10,472 nucleotides of DNA, from positions 1 to 10,472 of the forward strand of contig JBHICG010000097.1 of the NCBI GenBank assembly GCA_046759445.1, given 5' to 3'. Under the pieces are notes generated by a model, which saw only the letters and a program-made list of their open reading frames with translations, did no database searches and had not been told where the DNA came from. Source of the stretch: Candidatus Scalinduaceae bacterium. Lineage in GTDB: Bacteria > Planctomycetota > Brocadiia > Brocadiales > Scalinduaceae. The translations under genes were made by a program, and so were the position numbers. This document shows, piece after piece, positions 6,209 through 10,472 of the stretch (positions within the stretch are counted from its first letter, which is position 1; each line of letters begins with the position of its first letter).

Positions 6209-6435
6209 ATAATCAAACAAAATTTTAGGAAAGGAGGTGTTTTGGGAATAAAAATTTTTGCTCACCCGTTAGAACGACACGGTCGAGCTGGTAGTTTTTG
6301 TTTAGTGAGGTTGTTTTGAAGTAGTAAGTGTAGTAGATTGATGTTTGTGGACATATATATATAGTAGTTTGCTTTAAACGCATCATATAGTGTTGATGAC
6401 CAAAAACAAGTTTTTAAAAATACATGGAAATTGTG

Positions 6436-6463
6436 TTGACAAATGTATCAGAAGTTGTACAAT
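6436..6463 (+). promoter_or_regulatory. Candidate sigma70 promoter for the HAO-like gene
   Basis: TTGACA (6436-6441), 16-bp spacer, TACAAT (6458-6463), about 100 bp upstream of the ATG. SD AAGGAGG at about 6543-6549. Confidence 0.6.
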
Positions 6464-6563
6464 CTGTCAAATATTAGACGACGTATGCCTTTAGCCCGAA
6501 CTTCGTAAATTTAATTTTGTAATACGTAATAATTAATTATGAAAGGAGGAGGGGCTATTTTAT

Positions 6564-8201
6564 ATGAAGCATTTTAGAATTGGCGTCTTATTTTTAATTT
6601 GTGGGGCCTTTCTTATGTTAAGCGACGGCGCAGTCTTTGCGCAGGGAGCTGTGAATCCATCTCCGGAAAGGCTGGTCATGCCAACAGAAAAGCTTCAAAA
6701 GGGCTTTGAGAAATGGGTTGGTCTGGAAAAGGGTAGTGGTCCATGGGCTGATTATTACAAACCTGTACCTCTTCACATGTATTGGAGTCCGAAGAATCAT
6801 TATGTAAGGCCTGATTTAAGTGCTTTCAAAGACCTGTTTGAAGATTATGCTTCAGGAGATTGTATGGGTTGCCATGATGAGGTAACTCCGGGTATTGTCA
6901 GATCCTGGAAGGATTCATCTCATGCAAAGCCTAGAAGAACACCTGAAATTGCAGAAAAGACAAGGGCGATTGAGGAAGCTGCTGGTATAAAGATTGAACA
7001 GGTTACATGTAATTACTGTCATGGTGAAAGTCACGATGAGTTGTTTTTGCCCGTAGCTGATGACGCCTGTAAGAAATGTCATAGGCAGCAAGTAGTAGAG
7101 TTTGCGTCCGAGATTACGGATGGAAGGCCGAGTCACCAGGCATCATGGATATCAAACGTTGTTGTGCCATGGTATATCGAAGGCTTCAGAAAGGGTGAGC
7201 AATATTCTTTCATAGGTTGTGATCAGTGTCATCCTTCAATGGAGAGATGCGACCCATGCCATACGCGGCATAAGTTTAGTGCTGAAGAGGCAAGAAAACC
7301 TGAGGCATGTTTTTCGTGCCACATGGGCGCTGATCACCCAGATGCTGAGACTTACAAAGAGTCGAAGATGGGTGTTATTTACGCTATGGAGCATGATACA
7401 TATGCTATAGATAAAGACCTGAATAAACTAGCGCTTGGCGGGTCTGAACAGCGTACTCCAACCTGTCAGATATGTCATATGTATAATAATACTACAGGTA
7501 AATGGGGCCACAACGTGACCTCCAAGGGACGTTGGAGAATGGGTACTTTCCCGCCTGTCCAAGTAGAGTATAAGTCAAGCATGAAGGATTATCCTTATGG
7601 CATTACAATTCCACCAATGAACAAGAAGTTAGATATTTACGATGGTGCAAACAAGAAGAAACTCGAAAGGTGGATAGAACTTTGCAATAATTGCCATAGT
7701 GGGCGCTTTGCAAGATTATGGTTTGAGGCGCTAGATGAATATATGTTCGCAGCATATCGTAAACGTGACGAAGGTCAGTTTCTGGTAGAAGAATGCTTTG
7801 AAAAAGGTTGGATAGACGTTGATGCCAGAGACCCTTATCCAATGGGTGATGTGATTGCTGATAAGCTGGGCGTAAAACTACTCGGTGAAGCCGTCTATAA
7901 GGCATTCAAGATGAAAAAAGGTAAGGTTCCTGTAGTTGGTCCGATCCTCGGTGTATATGCTAATTTTAGACATGATGACGGTAATCCAAGCCAAATAGAA
8001 GTAGATTATGGTAACATGTGGTTCTGGTATGCACTCAAGGGTTACAAGGGTGTTGCCCATGGTCAGCAGGATTACTCATGGTGGTGGGGCTGGGCGCCTA
8101 TGGTCAACCAGCTTTCACGTATTAGATCGCAACATGATATGTTAGAAAGAGTGTATAACATCGAGAAGAAACTGGGAATAGGCCTTGGAGGTGGAAAGTA
8201 G
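6564..8201 (+). CDS. hao: Octaheme hydroxylamine oxidoreductase-family protein, probably reductive type (no Tyr cross-link)
   Basis: Sec signal (AVFA|Q) and eight CxxCH motifs: CMGCH, CNYCH, CKKCH, CDQCH, CDPCH, CFSCH, CQICH, CNNCH. HAO signatures CHTRHKFSAEEARKPEAC and the distal Asp-His pair in MGADHP. The C-terminal helical region has AHGQQDYSWWWGWAPM. Confidence 0.95.
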   Translation: MKHFRIGVLFLICGAFLMLSDGAVFAQGAVNPSPERLVMPTEKLQKGFEKWVGLEKGSGPWADYYKPVPLHMYWSPKNHYVRPDLSAFKDLFEDYASGDCMGCHDEVTPGIVRSWKDSSHAKPRRTPEIAEKTRAIEEAAGIKIEQVTCNYCHGESHDELFLPVADDACKKCHRQQVVEFASEITDGRPSHQASWISNVVVPWYIEGFRKGEQYSFIGCDQCHPSMERCDPCHTRHKFSAEEARKPEACFSCHMGADHPDAETYKESKMGVIYAMEHDTYAIDKDLNKLALGGSEQRTPTCQICHMYNNTTGKWGHNVTSKGRWRMGTFPPVQVEYKSSMKDYPYGITIPPMNKKLDIYDGANKKKLERWIELCNNCHSGRFARLWFEALDEYMFAAYRKRDEGQFLVEECFEKGWIDVDARDPYPMGDVIADKLGVKLLGEAVYKAFKMKKGKVPVVGPILGVYANFRHDDGNPSQIEVDYGNMWFWYALKGYKGVAHGQQDYSWWWGWAPMVNQLSRIRSQHDMLERVYNIEKKLGIGLGGGK

Positions 8202-8222
8202 TAGGTAGAAGTATCTTAAAAT

Positions 8223-8278
8223 CCCCCCGCTTCTTGCTTTAGCAGCGTGCCGCTACGGTGCAAGAAAGCAGCGGGGGG
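8223..8278 (+). terminator. GC-rich stem-loop after hao (terminator or mRNA 3' stabiliser)
   Basis: CCCCCCGC-TTCTTGC (8223-8237) pairs with GCAAGAA-(AGCA bulge)-GCGGGGGG (8260-8278). There is no clear poly-U tail on the + strand. Confidence 0.5.
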
Positions 8279-8532
8279 AATTAGGTGTATTCAGATTGAA
8301 ACGACGCTCAGTTAGAGAAAAGTTGACGGGACATTTGTTGCAACTGTAGTAAACCATAACGTTTAAGTCCTTTCTATTTAGAAATGTCTTGGGTGTTAAT
8401 GGTTTAGTATGTGTATACCTTTCAGTAATTTTACTGGTCAATTAAAAAAATAGCTGTAACAGAAGGCGGGCATATTTGTTAAGAATGTTTTTTAATTTTA
8501 TTTTTCGGATGTAATATAGAGGGAGGGAAAAT

Positions 8533-10029
8533 ATGATAAAAATTAGAAGTGTATTTATAGCCTTCGCATCTGTGTTTGCGTTCTCGTCAGTATATTTGCT
8601 GATCGGGATGCAGGATGCAAAGGCGCAAGGTTCATATGCCGATCTTCTTAAGAGGATTGAGGCATTGGAGTCAAGGCCAACCGGAAACATAAATGCGCCA
8701 AAGATAAGGGGCCTCAAGTTAGGTTTTTCGATAAGGCACAGATTTGAGCTTAGAACAGATCCTAATGGGAATGAAGCTGCTCCTGATTCAGATTTTACGT
8801 TGCAAAGGACGAGGATTTACCTTGATGCAGACGTGAATAAGAATATAAGGGGTTATGTGAAATTGCAGGATGTACGTACGTTTGGTGCTGAGCAGAGCAC
8901 TGTCGGAAACCTCGCTAGGGTTGACCTGCTTGAAGGATATGTAGATTTGAGGAACCTTGGTGATCTTAATCCTTTGTTAAAAAACATAAACGTAAGGGTT
9001 GGGCGATGGCAGTGGTTTTACGGTGAACACAGGTTGATTGGTCACCTGAACTGGGCGAATGAGTCGAGGTCTTATGATGGTGCAAGGATAAGGTACGACA
9101 ATAAGAAGAATATATGGGTAGACTTCTTTGCCGCTAATATATCAGAGGATCAAACCGGTGGTGTTTCTGGTGAAGGGTCAGGTGCCATTCCTGCGCCTGG
9201 GGCAGGTGTTAACAGAGACGAGTTATTCTGGGGCGCTTATGGGCACTTTGAGGTAACTAAAGGGATTGCTATCGAACCATATGAAATCATAAGGCAGAGG
9301 AGTAGAGATGCAAATCCACCGTTTAGATCAGCCGGTGCAATAGCTGGTGAGCAGCGATATACCAGTGGAGCCAGGATAAAGGGTAAGAAGATACCCTGGT
9401 TGCCGGGTGTTGACTTTACGTTTGAGCAGGCATGGCAGCACGGAAGAGTTGAGTTCATCACCAACAGGTCGCAAAGAATACAGGCATTTGCAGGCGCCTG
9501 GGGCGGTGGCTATACGTTCAACAATGTTCCGTGGAAACCAAGGATAGGTTATGACTATGTAATGGCCTCTGGAGATAAACGTCCTGGTGCTGGTGCTGCG
9601 AAGACGTTCAGTCAGTTATACCCAACCGGGCACGCCAGGCTGGGTTATATCGATTTCCATGGCTGGCAGAATATAAGAGACCATCAGATACATCTTGCAG
9701 TTAAGCCCACAAAGAAGTTACTAATGAAGGTAGATTTTCATATTTTTGAAGCAGATGAAGATAGAGATGCCTGGTTCACTGTTGGTGGTGGTGCTCCTGG
9801 TGTTAGGCTTGCTGCCCCTGATCCAGGTGGAGGTTTTGATGGTGACTACGGTGAAGAAATAGACATCACCGTTAAGTACAAGCTGTTCAAGAACTTCACA
9901 GTAGTTGGAGGCTATTCACACTACTTTATTGACGATGCCATTGAAAATATCGTTGCCAGGAATACTGGTAGCACTACTAATGATGATGATACAGACTGGT
10001 TTTACCTGATGACTATAATGAAGTTCTAA
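8533..10029 (+). CDS. Alginate-export (AlgE-like) family outer-membrane beta-barrel / porin
   Basis: Signal peptide, short coiled coil (DLLKRIEALE), RHRFELR...QRTRIYLDA, VGRWQWFYGEHRLIG..NW, YDGAR, ASGD, TFSQLYPTGH, DYGEEIDITVKY, alternating amphipathic strands and C-terminal Phe. SD GGGAGG. Confidence 0.88.
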   Translation: MIKIRSVFIAFASVFAFSSVYLLIGMQDAKAQGSYADLLKRIEALESRPTGNINAPKIRGLKLGFSIRHRFELRTDPNGNEAAPDSDFTLQRTRIYLDADVNKNIRGYVKLQDVRTFGAEQSTVGNLARVDLLEGYVDLRNLGDLNPLLKNINVRVGRWQWFYGEHRLIGHLNWANESRSYDGARIRYDNKKNIWVDFFAANISEDQTGGVSGEGSGAIPAPGAGVNRDELFWGAYGHFEVTKGIAIEPYEIIRQRSRDANPPFRSAGAIAGEQRYTSGARIKGKKIPWLPGVDFTFEQAWQHGRVEFITNRSQRIQAFAGAWGGGYTFNNVPWKPRIGYDYVMASGDKRPGAGAAKTFSQLYPTGHARLGYIDFHGWQNIRDHQIHLAVKPTKKLLMKVDFHIFEADEDRDAWFTVGGGAPGVRLAAPDPGGGFDGDYGEEIDITVKYKLFKNFTVVGGYSHYFIDDAIENIVARNTGSTTNDDDTDWFYLMTIMKF

Positions 10030-10082
10030 AAGATGTGATGTAGGTTTGGTTTGCAAACATAAACCCAATTAACGATGCAGAA

Positions 10083-10123
10083 AAAAAGAGGGTAAGAGTC
10101 GTAAGGATTCTTACCCTCTTTTT
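10083..10123. terminator. Rho-independent terminator, probably bidirectional
   Basis: AAAAAGAGGGTAAGAGTC-GTAAG-GATTCTTACCCTCTTTTT, an 18-bp stem (one G-U) that includes flanking A and T runs, about 54 bp after the porin stop. Confidence 0.88.
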
Positions 10124-10191
10124 GTTGATATATGCTTGACATGGTAAGGATTTTACAGTGCTGCTTATGGTCATTTGAAAAAAAGACTTAA

Positions 10192-10430
10192 GTGGTTTCT
10201 TTAAAAGAAGATAGAGTTTAAAAGTGTGGGGTGAAGGCAAGGTAGAGGAGCATACGAATGGTTTAGAGGATATTAAGGATCTGATAATCAACCTTGATAA
10301 CAAGGTGGATAGGAGGATAGATGCCCTTGACCAGAGGATAAATTCCCTAGACCAAGGGGCAATCCACCTGGATCAGAAATTATCAATATACTTCATCTGG
10401 ATTATTGGGGGATACAGATAACTCATTGAT
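10192..10430 (+). pseudogene. Degraded small coiled-coil protein with C-terminal membrane anchor (DUF1640/XhlA-like)
   Basis: EGKVEEH followed by heptad-like repeats (LDNKVDRRIDA-LDQRINS-LDQGAIH-LDQKLS) and a hydrophobic YFIWIIG that ends abruptly at a G5 run. The shifted frame continues GIQIT. The start is poor and the 5' part (GTGGTTTCTTTAAAAGAAGATAGAGTTTAA) is interrupted by a stop. Confidence 0.5.
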
Positions 10431-10472
10431 AGGTAAGCCACTGGTTTTACCAGTGAGACTATCAAAGGTTTT

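Larger units (their letters stand above)
5704..6284 (+). mobile_element. Decayed, internally deleted IS1182-family-like element
   Basis: Candidate left end GAGGCTGTGTCATAA (5704-5718), transposase fragments at 5814-6055, and a possible degenerate right end ACGACACGGTC (6274-6284; 8/11 match to the inverted left end). The family is assigned from recalled similarity, not a search. Confidence 0.55.

Noticed and set aside
6564..8201. Calling the octaheme protein hydrazine dehydrogenase or an oxidative HAO/HOX
   Set aside because: All eight motifs are plain CxxCH and the cross-link position appears to be Trp, which is inconsistent with P460-type oxidative enzymes.
8308..8332. CAGTTAGAGAAAAGTTGACGGG and similar CCCGTT(T)AGA words at about 5696 and 6265 as another repeat family
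   Set aside because: Too short and degenerate to support without a genome-wide search.
8533..10029. True alginate export function (algE)
   Set aside because: No alginate or other polysaccharide synthesis genes are in the window, so the family name is not evidence of substrate.
10136..10165. TTGACA as a promoter for the last ORF
   Set aside because: No acceptable -10 at 16-18 bp; TACAGT is only 12 bp away.
2969..10303. Remaining short ORFs (2969-, 3151-, 3990-, 4931-, 5282-, 6618-, 6915-, 7219+, 7603-, 7878-, 8253-, 8442-, 9237-, 10013-)
   Set aside because: They overlap well-supported genes on the opposite strand or in another frame, or span terminator and intergenic DNA, and show no motifs.

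Overview
AT-rich bacterial window, most likely from an anammox planctomycete (Ca. Brocadiia; inferred from gene content only). The + strand carries a split, b6-type Rieske/cytochrome b cluster (Tat-exported Rieske protein, cytochrome b6-like subunit, extended subunit IV, membrane-anchored hexaheme cytochrome c). After it come a decayed IS1182-like remnant with nested palindromic elements, an octaheme HAO-family protein apparently lacking the cross-linking Tyr (reductive type), an alginate-export-family outer-membrane beta-barrel, and a degraded coiled-coil gene. Divergently on the - strand are a type-1 copper cupredoxin, a HEAT/PBS-repeat lipoprotein, and a window-truncated helical lipoprotein that the ORF track missed. 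The core resembles the Kuenenia Rieske/cytb-hexaheme-HAO cluster (kuste4569-4574, recalled, not checked), so it is not wholly new. This version has no NAD(P)H oxidoreductase gene in the cluster, places the HAO behind its own candidate promoter, and is flanked by a porin and a cupredoxin. It is a candidate quinol-driven nitrite/NOx reductase module. A family of CTTTAG-loop REP-like hairpins recurs in the non-coding regions.
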